Shown here piece after piece: positions 26,608 through 36,926 of a stretch of 64,000 nucleotides of DNA. The position numbers and the translations under genes are program-made. Each line of letters starts with the position of its first letter. The stretch's first letter is position 1. The stretch is from a virus. The notes under the pieces are model-generated. The model was given only the letters and a program-made list of their open reading frames with translations. It was not told the origin of the DNA and did not search any database. The stretch covers positions 15,094 through 79,093 of IMG/VR virus record IMGVR_UViG_3300035703_000055; one strand, given 5' to 3'.

Positions 26608-26931
26608 ATGACCACTTTCAAAATCGCCAACCTTGACCGCCACACTGCTGACGGCTTTGTCACTGTCGCGCACTGGACTGCATCGCAGACCGACGGCGAG
26701 TTCACCGCTTCGACCTACGGCACCGTGGGCTTCGTCAAAGAGGACGGCGTCAACCTGATCCCCTACGAAGACCTGACCGAAGAGCAGGTGATCGGCTGGG
26801 TGAAGGGCGCCCTGGGCGAAGAGCAGCTGGCCGCCATCGACGCGTCCCTGGCCGCGAACATTACCGAGCAGAAAGCACCCAAGGTTGCCAGTGGCACGCC
26901 TTGGTCCGATTTTAAAAAATCTGCAAATTGA
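26608..26931 (+). CDS. Tail-fibre-associated protein
   Basis: IPYEDLTEEQVIGWVK..GTPW motif; TAAGGA RBS. Confidence 0.7.
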   Translation: MTTFKIANLDRHTADGFVTVAHWTASQTDGEFTASTYGTVGFVKEDGVNLIPYEDLTEEQVIGWVKGALGEEQLAAIDASLAANITEQKAPKVASGTPWSDFKKSAN

Positions 26932-26967
26932 CAAAACCGTCAAAGGCTCAAAAGCCGAGAATGCAGC

Positions 26968-27005
26968 CAACAAAAAGTTGCCTGGACAACAAAGATGGAT
27001 ATAAT
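26968..27005 (+). promoter_or_regulatory. Promoter upstream of lysis region with palindromic site
   Basis: CAACAAAAAGTTG overlapping TTGCCT-N16-TATAAT. Confidence 0.6.
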
Positions 27006-27052
27006 TCGCGCGCCAATTTTGGTACGCGTTCCATTTCTGTGAGGTAACCCCT

Positions 27053-27238
27053 ATGTCCATTCAACTGAATGTTGAAATCCAAGAAACCCAGGTCATTCTG
27101 GCCGCCCTGGCGAAGCAACCCTTCGAGCAGGTCGCCGATCTGTGGTTCAAGCTGAAGAACCAGGCCGAGCAGCAGCTGCAGGCCAAGCCCGCCGCCGAGC
27201 CTGGCCCCGCGCCAGACGAAGCCAACACAGAGGCCTAA
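27053..27238 (+). CDS. Hypothetical protein
   Basis: ILAALAKQPFEQV; GAGG RBS. Confidence 0.65.
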   Translation: MSIQLNVEIQETQVILAALAKQPFEQVADLWFKLKNQAEQQLQAKPAAEPGPAPDEANTEA

Positions 27239-27250
27239 GCCTCACCCCTC

Positions 27251-27281
27251 AAAGCCCGCCAAGTGCGGGCTTTGTTCTTTT
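27251..27281 (+). terminator. Rho-independent terminator
   Basis: AAAGCCCGC-CAAGT-GCGGGCTTT then T-rich. Confidence 0.7.
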
Positions 27282-27294
27282 GGAGCCCCTCGCA

Positions 27295-27498
27295 ATGAAA
27301 CTCATCGACGACTGGAAGCACATTCTGCGCAAGGCCTGGTCCGTGCGCCTGATGATCCTGGCGGCGCTGCTGTCTGGCATTGAGGTGGCTCTGCCGTTCT
27401 TCGCCTCGGAGATCCCGCTGGGCACATTCGCGATCGCGTCTGCTGTCGTGACGGCCGCAGCTCTGATTGCCCGCGTCGTGGCGCAAAAGGAGGCCTGA
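27295..27498 (+). CDS. Holin
   Basis: MKLIDDWK..AWSVRL; two TM helices; directly before the lysozyme. Confidence 0.75.
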   Translation: MKLIDDWKHILRKAWSVRLMILAALLSGIEVALPFFASEIPLGTFAIASAVVTAAALIARVVAQKEA

Positions 27499-27971
27499 TG
27501 GCACTGCAGCGAAAACACATTGCAGCCCTGGCTCTGAGCGCGAGCGCGTTTGTCGGCCTGGCTGTGCATGAGGGCTACAGCGATCGCGCCTACACACCGG
27601 TTCCTGGCGACGTGCCGACGATCGGCTTTGGCACCACAGGGGGCGTCAAGATGGGCGACACCATTACTGCGCCTCAAGCGCTAATGAGAGCCCTGCAGGA
27701 CGTCCAGAAGTTCGAGGGCGCGCTCAAGAAGTGCGTCAAGGTGCCGCTGCACCAGTATGAATACGACGCGTACACCAGCCTGACCTACAACATCGGCGAG
27801 AACGCGTTCTGCGGCTCGACCCTGGTGCGCAAGCTCAACGCGCAGCAGTACGCCGAGGCTTGCGAGGAAATCAAGCGCTGGGACAAGTTCAAAGGCCAGC
27901 CCCTGCGCGGCCTGACCATCCGTCGCAACAAGGAGTACCAGCAATGTATTGGCGCATCACAGCAGCACTGA
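27498..27971 (+). CDS. Endolysin, GH24 lysozyme (SAR-type N-terminus)
   Basis: HEGY..Y...GDVPTIGFG (E-D-T triad); GLTIRR. Confidence 0.92.
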   Translation: MALQRKHIAALALSASAFVGLAVHEGYSDRAYTPVPGDVPTIGFGTTGGVKMGDTITAPQALMRALQDVQKFEGALKKCVKVPLHQYEYDAYTSLTYNIGENAFCGSTLVRKLNAQQYAEACEEIKRWDKFKGQPLRGLTIRRNKEYQQCIGASQQH

Positions 27972-28438
27972 TCGTCGCCGCCTTGCTGGCGGGCACGCAC
28001 TGGAAGGCCTACGTCACCGGCAAGCAAGCCGTGCGGGCTGAGTGGAACCTGGACATCCAGAAACGCACCGAGCAGGCCTTGGCGGCCGAGCAGGCAGCAC
28101 GCGACCAGGAGCAGCAGCTCGTGGCCGCAAAACACAAAGCAGAGGAAGCCTATGTCAACGAAAAACGCAAAGCAGCTCGCGCTGCAGCTGGCGCTAAGTC
28201 TGAGCTTGATCGGTTGCGCGACGCCATCGCCGAGCGTGGTGCAGGTGAGACCTGTGCTGATCCCAGCCCCCAGCCCCGAGCTGATGCAGGAGCCCGACTT
28301 GAGCAAGAGCTACTCGGACATTGTGCGGGAGCTCTTACGGAGCTGGCAGCAGAAGCTGACCGACTGGAAGCGCTCGTCGTAGGCCTTCAGGGTTACATCA
28401 AGGGCACCTTGCTCAAGCAATCCTCGCCACAGCCTTAA
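27944..28438 (+). CDS. i-spanin (Rz-like)
   Basis: N-terminal TM plus coiled coil after the endolysin. Confidence 0.8.
   Translation: MYWRITAALIVAALLAGTHWKAYVTGKQAVRAEWNLDIQKRTEQALAAEQAARDQEQQLVAAKHKAEEAYVNEKRKAARAAAGAKSELDRLRDAIAERGAGETCADPSPQPRADAGARLEQELLGHCAGALTELAAEADRLEALVVGLQGYIKGTLLKQSSPQP
28152..28382 (+). CDS. o-spanin (Rz1-like) nested in Rz
   Basis: Lipobox LIGC; Pro-rich body; alternative frame inside Rz. Confidence 0.8.
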   Translation: MSTKNAKQLALQLALSLSLIGCATPSPSVVQVRPVLIPAPSPELMQEPDLSKSYSDIVRELLRSWQQKLTDWKRSS

Positions 28439-28499
28439 TCTGTGCGCACCACACCTCACCAAGTCGGGCTGGACGCCCGGCGCACAGAAAGCAGTACCA

Positions 28500-29690
28500 A
28501 TGGTCATTGATGAAAACCTGAAGCAGTTCGCCACCGCGCGGCAGGTCGAGTACATCGACGCACTCAAAGCGCACGGCGGATGGCGAGCAGCCGCCCGACA
28601 CCTCGGCATCAGCCACAAGAACATCTTCAAGGCGATCAAGTCCTTGGAGAAAAAGGCCGCCATGCGCGGCTACGCACCAGGGCACGACTTCACCCGCCCA
28701 GTGCCCGACATGTTCGTGGCCAAGGGCGTCTCCACCTACTACAACAAGGACGGCAAGCCGACCGGGCAGTGGGTCAAGGCAAGCTTGGATGACCAAAAGC
28801 GCATGCAGGCCATGCAGGATGCGATTGCAGCCCTGTGTGACGACGTGCCGCGGGTCAAGTCCACGCCAGCACCCGGCATTTCCAGCGAGTCCCTGGCCAC
28901 CGTCTACACGCTGACCGACTCGCACGTCGGCATGCTGTCCTGGCACCGCGAGACTGGCGAGGACTGGGACCTGGAGATCGCCGAGCGCGTGCTGACTGGT
29001 TGCTTCCAGGCCATGGTCGACGCATCGCCCGCCGCCGGCGTCGGCATCGTCAACCAGCTGGGCGACTTCCTGCACAGCGACGGCTTGTCACCCGTGACGC
29101 CAACCTCTGGCCACATCCTCGACCAGGACGGCCGCTTCAGCAAGGTCGTCGAGGTCGCCGTGCGCGTGCTGCGCTCGGTTGTCTCCATGGCTCTGGCCAA
29201 GCACCCCAAAGTCATCGTGCTCATGGCCGAGGGCAACCACGACATGGCCTCGAGCGTGTGGCTTCGCGTGCTGTTCAAGACCCTGTTCGAAAACGAGCCC
29301 CGCGTCGAGGTCATCGACTCGCCCCTGCCGTACTACTGCATTCAGCACGGCAAGACCATGCTGGCCTTCCACCACGGTCACTTGAAGAAGAACGACCAGC
29401 TGCCGATCCTGTTTGCCTCGCAGTTCCCGCAGATCTGGGGTGGCACGACAAAGCGCTACGCCCACACCGGCCATCGCCATCACATCGAAGAAAAAGAGCA
29501 CTCCGGCATCACCGTGATTCAGCACCCAACGCTGGCAGCGCGCGACGCCTACGCAGCCCGCGGCGGCTGGGTTGCCGAGCGCCAGGTCACCAGCATCACT
29601 TATCACTCTGAGTTTGGCCAAGTGGCTCGCCACACCGTCACCCCCGAAATGATCGAGCCGACAGCAACAAAAAGTTGCATCAGCGGCTAA
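28500..29690 (+). CDS. HTH plus calcineurin-like metallophosphoesterase
   Basis: TDSHVG, GDFLH, EGNHD, HHGH, GHRHH. Confidence 0.8.
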   Translation: MVIDENLKQFATARQVEYIDALKAHGGWRAAARHLGISHKNIFKAIKSLEKKAAMRGYAPGHDFTRPVPDMFVAKGVSTYYNKDGKPTGQWVKASLDDQKRMQAMQDAIAALCDDVPRVKSTPAPGISSESLATVYTLTDSHVGMLSWHRETGEDWDLEIAERVLTGCFQAMVDASPAAGVGIVNQLGDFLHSDGLSPVTPTSGHILDQDGRFSKVVEVAVRVLRSVVSMALAKHPKVIVLMAEGNHDMASSVWLRVLFKTLFENEPRVEVIDSPLPYYCIQHGKTMLAFHHGHLKKNDQLPILFASQFPQIWGGTTKRYAHTGHRHHIEEKEHSGITVIQHPTLAARDAYAARGGWVAERQVTSITYHSEFGQVARHTVTPEMIEPTATKSCISG

Positions 29691-29703
29691 AATCGGAGCC
29701 AAC

Positions 29704-31329
29704 ATGGCAGCAATCTTGATCAAGGCTTTTGATGGCCTAAAACCTTACCTCGATCCACTCTTGCTGGGTGCATCTGACGCAAGCGCAGCGCGCAACGTCG
29801 TGCTGTCCAGCGGAAGCATTGAGCCGCTCAAGGGCTTCACCACGCTTGCCGGCCTGACGAAGTCGCTGCCAAAGACCCTGTTTCGCTACGGCAATTCAAG
29901 CAACGAAAACGAGTACTGGCTTGAGTTCACCGAGGAGACAGACGTGATCCGCTCTGTCGCCGTCGAGGACCCCTATGGCCGGATTTACTGGACCGACGGC
30001 AACACGCCCAAGTACGCCCCATCCAGCCTGATCCTGAGTGGCTCGAGCTACCCTGGCGGCTCTTACACGCTTGGCATTCCTGCGCCAGCCTCAGCTCCGA
30101 GCGTTTCGGGTAGCGCGCCATCTGTGTCCGCCCTGGGCGAGACTCGGACCTACGTCGTGACGTACGTCAGTGCGTACGGCGAAGAGGGCCCGCCATCCGC
30201 TGCGTCAGTCCTGGCGACCGTTGATCCGGAGCAGCCCGTCTTTCTGACCAGCCTGCCAGTTGCCCCAGGTGGCAGCTACAACATCACCCTCAAGCGCATC
30301 TACCGCTCCTCGACCGTTGGCTCGTCAGCACAGTTTCAGTACGTGACCGAGCTGCCAATTGGTCAGACCACATTCACCGATGAAGTGGCTCAGTCCGACC
30401 TGGGTGAAGTGCTGCTGACCGAGACATGGGTGGCTCCGCCTGCAACTTTGCAGGGCCTGAAGATGCTGCCCAGCGGCGTCGCCGTCGGATTCTCGGGCAA
30501 CACGGTGTACGCATCCGAGCCCAATCTGCCGTACGCCTGGCCGCACAAGTTCCCGCTTGACTCCAAAATTGTCGGCGTTGGCGTGTTCCGTCAGAACGTG
30601 GTTGCACTCACCAACGACTACCCATTCCTGCTGACCATGACCGACCCGGCCGCCGTGTCGCCGGAGCGGCTCGAGTTGCCCCAGGCGTGCGTATCAAAGG
30701 CCTCCATCGTCGACACCGGCGATGGCGTGATCTACGCCTCCCCTGATGGTCTTGTGACGATCAGCAACAGCGGCGTGTCTGTCCTGACGCTCAAGCACAT
30801 CACGCCAGAGCAGTGGGCCGCCTACAACCCGTCCTCAATCAAGGCCGTCTGGCACGAAAACCGATACCACGCCACATTCACGCGAGCCGATGGCACGCGC
30901 GGCATGATGATCTGGGACTTCTCGGGCACCGGCGCCATCTTCCGGGAGAGCGATCTTGGCTCGGAGGGGCCCATCACCGCCATGTACAGCGACGCGCGCA
31001 CAGACACACTGTACTGCGCATACGAAGGCAACATCGTTCGCTTCAACCGCGGCTCGAACCTGACCTCGCTCTGGGGAAGCAAGACCTTCCGCCTGGCATA
31101 CCCGGCCAACTTTGCGGTAGCCGCGGTCGACGCCAACGCATTCCCATTGACGATGCGCATTTACGCCGACGGCGCCCTATGGCACACGCGCACAGTGACC
31201 AGCCGAGAGCCGTTCCGACTGCCGGATGGCCCGCGATCGCTGGACTGGCGCATCGAGGTCGAAACAGTCCACGAGGTCACTCGCATTCGCATGGCCTCAA
31301 ACACCGATGACCTGAAGGCGGCTGTCTGA
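29704..31329 (+). CDS. Tail nozzle/stabilisation protein
   Basis: YVVTYVSAYGEEGPPS, RIYRS, SEP..PYAWP, YASPDGLV. Confidence 0.75.
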   Translation: MAAILIKAFDGLKPYLDPLLLGASDASAARNVVLSSGSIEPLKGFTTLAGLTKSLPKTLFRYGNSSNENEYWLEFTEETDVIRSVAVEDPYGRIYWTDGNTPKYAPSSLILSGSSYPGGSYTLGIPAPASAPSVSGSAPSVSALGETRTYVVTYVSAYGEEGPPSAASVLATVDPEQPVFLTSLPVAPGGSYNITLKRIYRSSTVGSSAQFQYVTELPIGQTTFTDEVAQSDLGEVLLTETWVAPPATLQGLKMLPSGVAVGFSGNTVYASEPNLPYAWPHKFPLDSKIVGVGVFRQNVVALTNDYPFLLTMTDPAAVSPERLELPQACVSKASIVDTGDGVIYASPDGLVTISNSGVSVLTLKHITPEQWAAYNPSSIKAVWHENRYHATFTRADGTRGMMIWDFSGTGAIFRESDLGSEGPITAMYSDARTDTLYCAYEGNIVRFNRGSNLTSLWGSKTFRLAYPANFAVAAVDANAFPLTMRIYADGALWHTRTVTSREPFRLPDGPRSLDWRIEVETVHEVTRIRMASNTDDLKAAV

Positions 31330-33308
31330 TGATTGGCGTCGCCTCACTCATTGCGCCGGCTATTGGCCAGATGCTCGGACCAGAAACCAAGGTCCCCGCA
31401 ATCCCAGCCGTCACTGAAGGCAACGTCGCGCAGACGCTGCGCCATGTCAAGCACCTATTGGATGTGCGCGAGGGTCGTCTCGGCGACCTGATGGATGCCA
31501 ACGTCACTTTCCGTGACCTGGTCAACACAGGCCTGGCCGTCAAGCCAAACTGGTCATCGCCAACATACCCGGTTGCGCCTCCCAACATCTACTCGGACGG
31601 CTACAACCCAGCAACCGACTACACCCCGCCCGCGGCACCAGGAAACGTCACGGCAACCGCCGGCATTGGAACCGTCATCCTGCAGTGGGACACACCCGCA
31701 TACCGCAACCACTCGTACGCCGAGGTGTGGCGCGCAGAGACCAACTCACTGGGAAACGCCGTACTGCTAGGCACCAGTGACACGCGCTTCTACGCCGACT
31801 CGATTGGCGCCAACGTCACTCGCTATTACTGGGTGCGCTTCGTCTCTGTTGCAAACATCACAGGGCCATACCAGGGCATCAGTGGTGTCGTAGGCCAGAC
31901 GGGGCAAGATCCAGAATACCTGCTGCAGCTGCTGCAAGGACAGCTCTCAACGTCGCAGCTCAACACCGCACTGAACAACCGCATCAACCTGATCGACGCA
32001 TCGTCTTCTGTCGTCGGCTCTGTGGCCCACCAGGTCAACCAGGAAGCTCAGGCGAGGGCGACCGCGATCCTGGCTGAGGCATCTGCTCGGGCAACCGAAG
32101 ATAGCGTCCTGCAGACTCAGATCAACACGCTGTCTGCAGCCTCGTCAGGAGACTTCCAGGAGCTGATTGCAGCACTTCAGGAAGAGCAAACCGCGCGGAT
32201 CGCTGGAGACACGGCAGAGGCAACGTCGCGTGAAACGCTGGCCACGCAGATGCGCGGCACGTACACCGGCACCGACATCACCCAGATCACCTCGGGTTTG
32301 ATGTTTTCGGAGCGTCAGGCGCGATCCAGCGCAGACAGCGCTCTTAGCACCAGTATCACTGGTCTCAGTTCCACCGTCACGAACAACTACAACACGCTCA
32401 ACGCAGCCCTGCAGACTGAGTCGACGACACGCGCGTCCGCCGTGAACTCACTGTCGACGCAAATCACGACGCTGCAGTCAACCGTCACCAACAACAACTC
32501 CACGCTGACCGCGGCGATCCAGTCCGAGGCGACCACGCGCGCAAGTGTCGACGGTGGCTTGCTGGCGCAGTACACCATCAAGGCCGACGTCAACGGCTAC
32601 GTGTCCGGCTTCGGCCTGGCCAGCACCTCGAACAACGCCGCGCCGACGTCCGAGTTCCAGGTTCGCGCCGACGTATTCAAGATCGCCTCACCAAGCGGTC
32701 CCGGCATCGTGCCCGCAAGTCCGTTTCTTGTGCGCACAACGCCCACGACCATCGGCGGCGTATCCGTCCCGGTGGGCGTCTACATCCAGGATGCGTTCAT
32801 CGCAAACGGCACGATCTCGAATGCCAAGATCGCCAACGCAGCCATCGACAACGCCAAAATCGCCAACCTGGATGCGGCCAAAATCACCACCGGTCTGATC
32901 AGCGCCGACCGCCTTGATGCGGGCGTTATTACCGCCAAGGTGCTGACGGTAGATTCGGCCAAGGTGACCGGCCAACTGACAGCCAACCAGATCAACGGCG
33001 CCGGCCTGACGATCACCGGCGGGCAGTTCACCGGTTATGCATGGCCGTCGTCCGGCCGTGGCTTTTACCTGGGTCCATCAGGCTTTCTTCTCGGCAACGC
33101 CAACAACGGCACGTTCTTCCAGTACGACCAGGCCGGCGGAAACATCTATACCAACGGCCTGTCAATCGTGAACGGCAACGCCACATTCAGCGGCAACCTA
33201 AATGTCGTGAGTCCCACCGGCACCGCCCGCATGGAGATGACCAACACCGTGATCCGCGTGTTTGACGCCAATAACGTCGTCCGGGTCCGCATCGGGTACT
33301 TGCTGTAA
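31329..33308 (+). CDS. Tail fibre/spike (FN3, coiled coil, DUF1983-like)
   Basis: YYWVRFVS; DVNGYVSGFGL; AFIANGTI.NAKI; RVRIG terminus. Confidence 0.8.
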   Translation: MIGVASLIAPAIGQMLGPETKVPAIPAVTEGNVAQTLRHVKHLLDVREGRLGDLMDANVTFRDLVNTGLAVKPNWSSPTYPVAPPNIYSDGYNPATDYTPPAAPGNVTATAGIGTVILQWDTPAYRNHSYAEVWRAETNSLGNAVLLGTSDTRFYADSIGANVTRYYWVRFVSVANITGPYQGISGVVGQTGQDPEYLLQLLQGQLSTSQLNTALNNRINLIDASSSVVGSVAHQVNQEAQARATAILAEASARATEDSVLQTQINTLSAASSGDFQELIAALQEEQTARIAGDTAEATSRETLATQMRGTYTGTDITQITSGLMFSERQARSSADSALSTSITGLSSTVTNNYNTLNAALQTESTTRASAVNSLSTQITTLQSTVTNNNSTLTAAIQSEATTRASVDGGLLAQYTIKADVNGYVSGFGLASTSNNAAPTSEFQVRADVFKIASPSGPGIVPASPFLVRTTPTTIGGVSVPVGVYIQDAFIANGTISNAKIANAAIDNAKIANLDAAKITTGLISADRLDAGVITAKVLTVDSAKVTGQLTANQINGAGLTITGGQFTGYAWPSSGRGFYLGPSGFLLGNANNGTFFQYDQAGGNIYTNGLSIVNGNATFSGNLNVVSPTGTARMEMTNTVIRVFDANNVVRVRIGYLL

Positions 33309-33592
33309 TGAGCACGGGCATTGAGCTTTTTAACGAGTCGGGGGTCAAGTACTTCTCGACCGCCTCGCAGACTTGGAGCTACATCGGATCACTCATCGCT
33401 CCAGCAGGGTCCTCGGCGACGGCAACATTTGCCTCCATTGCGCTGATGAGCGAGGTCATTTTCCAGCGCTCCCTTGTCGACGACGTGCCCGGCAACCAGG
33501 AGGCAATCGTCCACACCGCCTATTTGAGTGGGAACACAGTGGTCGCCCAAGGCGGCTCTGTGCGAAGCCTCATCATTGTTTTGGGGCGATAA
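33308..33592 (+). CDS. Tail-tip accessory protein
   Basis: MSTGIELFNESG-type N-terminus; coupled. Confidence 0.65.
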   Translation: MSTGIELFNESGVKYFSTASQTWSYIGSLIAPAGSSATATFASIALMSEVIFQRSLVDDVPGNQEAIVHTAYLSGNTVVAQGGSVRSLIIVLGR

Positions 33593-34546
33593 ATGTACGG
33601 GGCGCTTGTCAGAAACGATGGCGGCCAGGTGCTCATCTCGAGCGAGGTTGAGGCGCTGCACTACGGCGGCCCGGCCTCATACCAATCGACCCTGCTATCA
33701 GGCCTCACGGACTTTCCGACCTACGACAACGACAACGGAACCAGCACCCTGTCTGGCCGGCACATTCACCGCTACATCTTTACGGCAAACAGTGCGCCAC
33801 TGTTCTTCATCAAGCCCGCGGTCGTTGGCTATTTTCATGGAATCCTGCAGCAGTTCAACATCGGCAGCACATGGTATGTCGATGTGATTCAGGGAGGCCC
33901 GGTATGGTCACCACCAGCTGTCTACGCCTTCGTCACCGCTTCAAACCTGCCAGCCAGCAGTCAGACGCATGGCATGGCGACATACCTGGCGAACGGCACC
34001 ATGGCATTTGATAGTCGACTCAAGCCACTGGCGATCTACAACGCGACGCAAGTCATTCCACCCACCATCCCTTGCGATGGCGGAAAACCGACAGAGTCGG
34101 GTCAGTATGACTACCCCTGGAACGACGCCAACCTCGATCACGACTTTCGCTGCGACACCACATACAACAGCTACAGCTTGCCAACGACAGATCCGCTGTC
34201 GAGCCTGATGTTCTCCGCGCCCTCGATTGCACAGGCCGTCTACTCGCGAATCAAGCGCGGATTCAAGCGCTCAAGCGGGACGTATAGCAGCCAGGACCAC
34301 TGGTCAACGGCTCTTTGGTGGGCGATGTACCACTCCGCCTATCGACTGCAGTACGGAGCGATTCATGCCGGATGGGCCGTGTACGCAGCTGACTTTGCCT
34401 TCTCTTCAACGTGGGAGAGCAGCAGCTGGTACGAGTTCAGCGGTGGCGGCGGCTCTGTGCAAACAGGAAACAGGCCGTTCAACGACAAAACCATCAACCT
34501 GACGCCAAACGTCATCATTGTTGCAAATGCCAGTTATTACACCTGA
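33593..34546 (+). CDS. Tail-tip/receptor-binding protein
   Basis: MYGALVRND..; [13 protein letters not shown]. Confidence 0.65.
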   Translation: MYGALVRNDGGQVLISSEVEALHYGGPASYQSTLLSGLTDFPTYDNDNGTSTLSGRHIHRYIFTANSAPLFFIKPAVVGYFHGILQQFNIGSTWYVDVIQGGPVWSPPAVYAFVTASNLPASSQTHGMATYLANGTMAFDSRLKPLAIYNATQVIPPTIPCDGGKPTESGQYDYPWNDANLDHDFRCDTTYNSYSLPTTDPLSSLMFSAPSIAQAVYSRIKRGFKRSSGTYSSQDHWSTALWWAMYHSAYRLQYGAIHAGWAVYAADFAFSSTWESSSWYEFSGGGGSVQTGNRPFNDKTINLTPNVIIVANASYYT

Positions 34547-35750
34547 TCAGCTCAAGAACGCGTTTGAGATCGTCTACATCAATGGTGGTGAGATCTACAA
34601 GGCGCCAAGCGACAAAGAAGCCTTCTTGCAGTACAGCGCCGACGATGATGCCGACCCTGTGTTTCCATTTCGAAAGTTCGACGGCAAGCGCTACTTTGTG
34701 GCGCAGGAGTTCAAGGATTTCTTTGGCAACATCGGGCCGTCGGGAATTAGCATGGAGCGCCACAATGCCTGCCCGTACGTGAAGCTTTGGTGCGGACTTG
34801 GCGCCAAGTCCTCAGAGGACACCCAGGACTGCGACATCTTCTTTTCCGTCGACTCCACCACTCAGTTGCGGCAGATCGCTCAGCACTACGGCCTGCCATA
34901 CCCAATTGACGACGCGATCGGGCGGATCATTGACACCGCACCAGACACAATCAACTGGAAGAACGCAGGAGGCAAACCGATCGTTTTAGGGGCAGTCAAG
35001 ATTGTCGCCGGCAAGCCGAGCCTGCTGAAGCTGTACACCTACCCAAAGCCCTTTGGCACCTGGGATGTCTGGATGTATGGCGCCTCCTACCTCGATGGCG
35101 GCAAGTGCTGGGAGAAGGGTGCCGTCTACGTGAAAGAGACTGGCGGCATCGATTTGCCTGGTGCCCAGATGCGCGGCGAAAAGAGCTTCAAGAAGGCCGA
35201 GGTGATCTACACCGAACGCGCCGACGGCGTTCGCACCAGCTACGCCTACACCCGCGGCCAGGACTTGTTTATGTTTTGGCAGGGCAATGAGATCCGCGCA
35301 GATGGCAGCATTGAGCGCGTCAAGCGCTACGAATCAAGCCAAATGGTTCGCAGGATGATTGGCCGCGTGAAGAAGGGTCCTGATTTTGCCGAGTTCGACT
35401 TGTGCCCGGACGTGCCGTTTTGGCTTGGCCGCAGCTGGTACGACGACAAGGACGAGCAGGAGCTCCTGTTTGCGATTGCCGATGGCAGTGGCACCCTGGA
35501 GGCTGTGTCTGCGCACTACGGCCTGCCGCTGCCGTACAACGACAGCCAGAAACAGATTCTCGACACCCGCCCGGAGCTCTACCGAGCCCGTCACTATGAC
35601 CTGCTGGGGTTGGGTGAGGGCAGCTATGTGCCGGTGGTCGTGGGCAGCGTGACATTTATCAGCGGCAAGCCATCGCGGCTGTTGCTGTACACATTCATGC
35701 GCCCCTGGGACTTCGACGAAAAGATTCAGCTCCCAGACTTCCCGTCGTAA
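34518..35750 (+). CDS. Unknown protein with internal duplication
   Basis: Two copies of HYGLP.P..D..I.DT.P..VVG.V....GKPS.L.LYT. Confidence 0.75.
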   Translation: MLQMPVITPDQLKNAFEIVYINGGEIYKAPSDKEAFLQYSADDDADPVFPFRKFDGKRYFVAQEFKDFFGNIGPSGISMERHNACPYVKLWCGLGAKSSEDTQDCDIFFSVDSTTQLRQIAQHYGLPYPIDDAIGRIIDTAPDTINWKNAGGKPIVLGAVKIVAGKPSLLKLYTYPKPFGTWDVWMYGASYLDGGKCWEKGAVYVKETGGIDLPGAQMRGEKSFKKAEVIYTERADGVRTSYAYTRGQDLFMFWQGNEIRADGSIERVKRYESSQMVRRMIGRVKKGPDFAEFDLCPDVPFWLGRSWYDDKDEQELLFAIADGSGTLEAVSAHYGLPLPYNDSQKQILDTRPELYRARHYDLLGLGEGSYVPVVVGSVTFISGKPSRLLLYTFMRPWDFDEKIQLPDFPS

Positions 35751-35855
35751 TTTGTTGTCTGCTCAAGCAAAACATGCAATGACGAGCGCATGTGCTTACC
35801 ACGCCAACAAAAAGTAGTCAACAAATTGTTGGTATTGCGGTAAAATCGGGCGGCC

Positions 35856-36479
35856 ATGCCTACACTCGCCGCCATCGATCAAGCCAAGCCCTTCGCCACG
35901 AAGGCTTCGTTTGCTGGCGCCTCCGAGATCCTCATTGCCGACGGATTCCTTGTGAATCCCGACGCCGTGCGTGAGGATGCCCTGGCGGCAGACTTTATCG
36001 ACTGGCAGGGTCACGATGGCCAGGTCTACAAGCGAGTCTGCCTAAAACCTGTCCCAGGCCTGCAAGAGGCCATCGAGCGCGTGTACGGCCCCGTCGAGAT
36101 GTTTGGCCAGGGATACCGGCTCAACTTCGCGGGCGAGATGCCAAACCAGTCGATCCACTCGGATCTGGGGTGGGGCTCACATGCCGCGGTGATCTATCTC
36201 TGCGACGGCCCAGGCGGCACCGCATTCTGGCGACACATGAACACCGGAGCGACCCGCATTGAGGTTGGCGACCACGAGCTGTTCGACGCAATCGGTGGCG
36301 ACTGGGAGCTCGAGCAATCCTGGGAAATGGTTGGCCTGGCCGAGCTGGCCTACAACCGAGCAGTCCTGTACGACAACGCGCTGTTCCACAGCCGCTATCC
36401 GTTCGAGGCCTTCGGCACCGACAAGCATGACGGCCGCCTGATCGCGGTCGCTTTCTTTACGCCGGAGACGCTCAAATGA
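35856..36479 (+). CDS. 2OG-Fe(II) oxygenase (DUF6445-like)
   Basis: IHSD, VIYL, GGTAFW, YNRAVLY..FHS, RL. Confidence 0.8.
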   Translation: MPTLAAIDQAKPFATKASFAGASEILIADGFLVNPDAVREDALAADFIDWQGHDGQVYKRVCLKPVPGLQEAIERVYGPVEMFGQGYRLNFAGEMPNQSIHSDLGWGSHAAVIYLCDGPGGTAFWRHMNTGATRIEVGDHELFDAIGGDWELEQSWEMVGLAELAYNRAVLYDNALFHSRYPFEAFGTDKHDGRLIAVAFFTPETLK

Positions 36480-36925
36480 TCCGGCGCGCTACCCAGGCAG
36501 ACATGGAATCCGTGCTGCGCATGGGTGAGCGCTTCTATCGCTCATCGCACTACAGCGGCTGGGCCGACTTCTGTCGCGAATCCTCGCGCAAGCTGGTGCA
36601 GATGGTCATCGACACGGGCGTGCTGATGATCGCTGATCAGGACGGGCAAGACGTTGGGATGGTCGGACTTGTGGTGGCTCCGTTCATGTTCAACAACGAC
36701 AAGCTCGGCGCCTACGAAGTGTTCTGGTGGGTCGAGCCCGAGGCTCGCGGCGGCATGACTGCCTGGCGCTTACTGAAGTCCATCGAAGAGGTTTGCGCCG
36801 AAATGGGTGTGGCTTCGATTCAGATGGTAGTTCTGTCCGACTCTCCGGAGCAGGCAGCAAAGATGTACGAGCGCGCTGGCTATGTTCACAGCGAGACGTC
36901 GTTTACAAAGATTTTGAGGAACTGA
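36476..36925 (+). CDS. GNAT-fold acetyltransferase
   Basis: MIRRAT..WWVEPEARGG..YERAGY. Confidence 0.85.
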   Translation: MIRRATQADMESVLRMGERFYRSSHYSGWADFCRESSRKLVQMVIDTGVLMIADQDGQDVGMVGLVVAPFMFNNDKLGAYEVFWWVEPEARGGMTAWRLLKSIEEVCAEMGVASIQMVVLSDSPEQAAKMYERAGYVHSETSFTKILRN

Positions 36926-36926
36926 T

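Noticed and set aside
28152-28382. Nested gene inside Rz as a novelty
   Set aside because: Ordinary embedded Rz/Rz1 spanin arrangement
23517-34546. Diversity-generating retroelement or invertible fibre system
   Set aside because: No reverse transcriptase, invertase or TR/VR pair seen in the window
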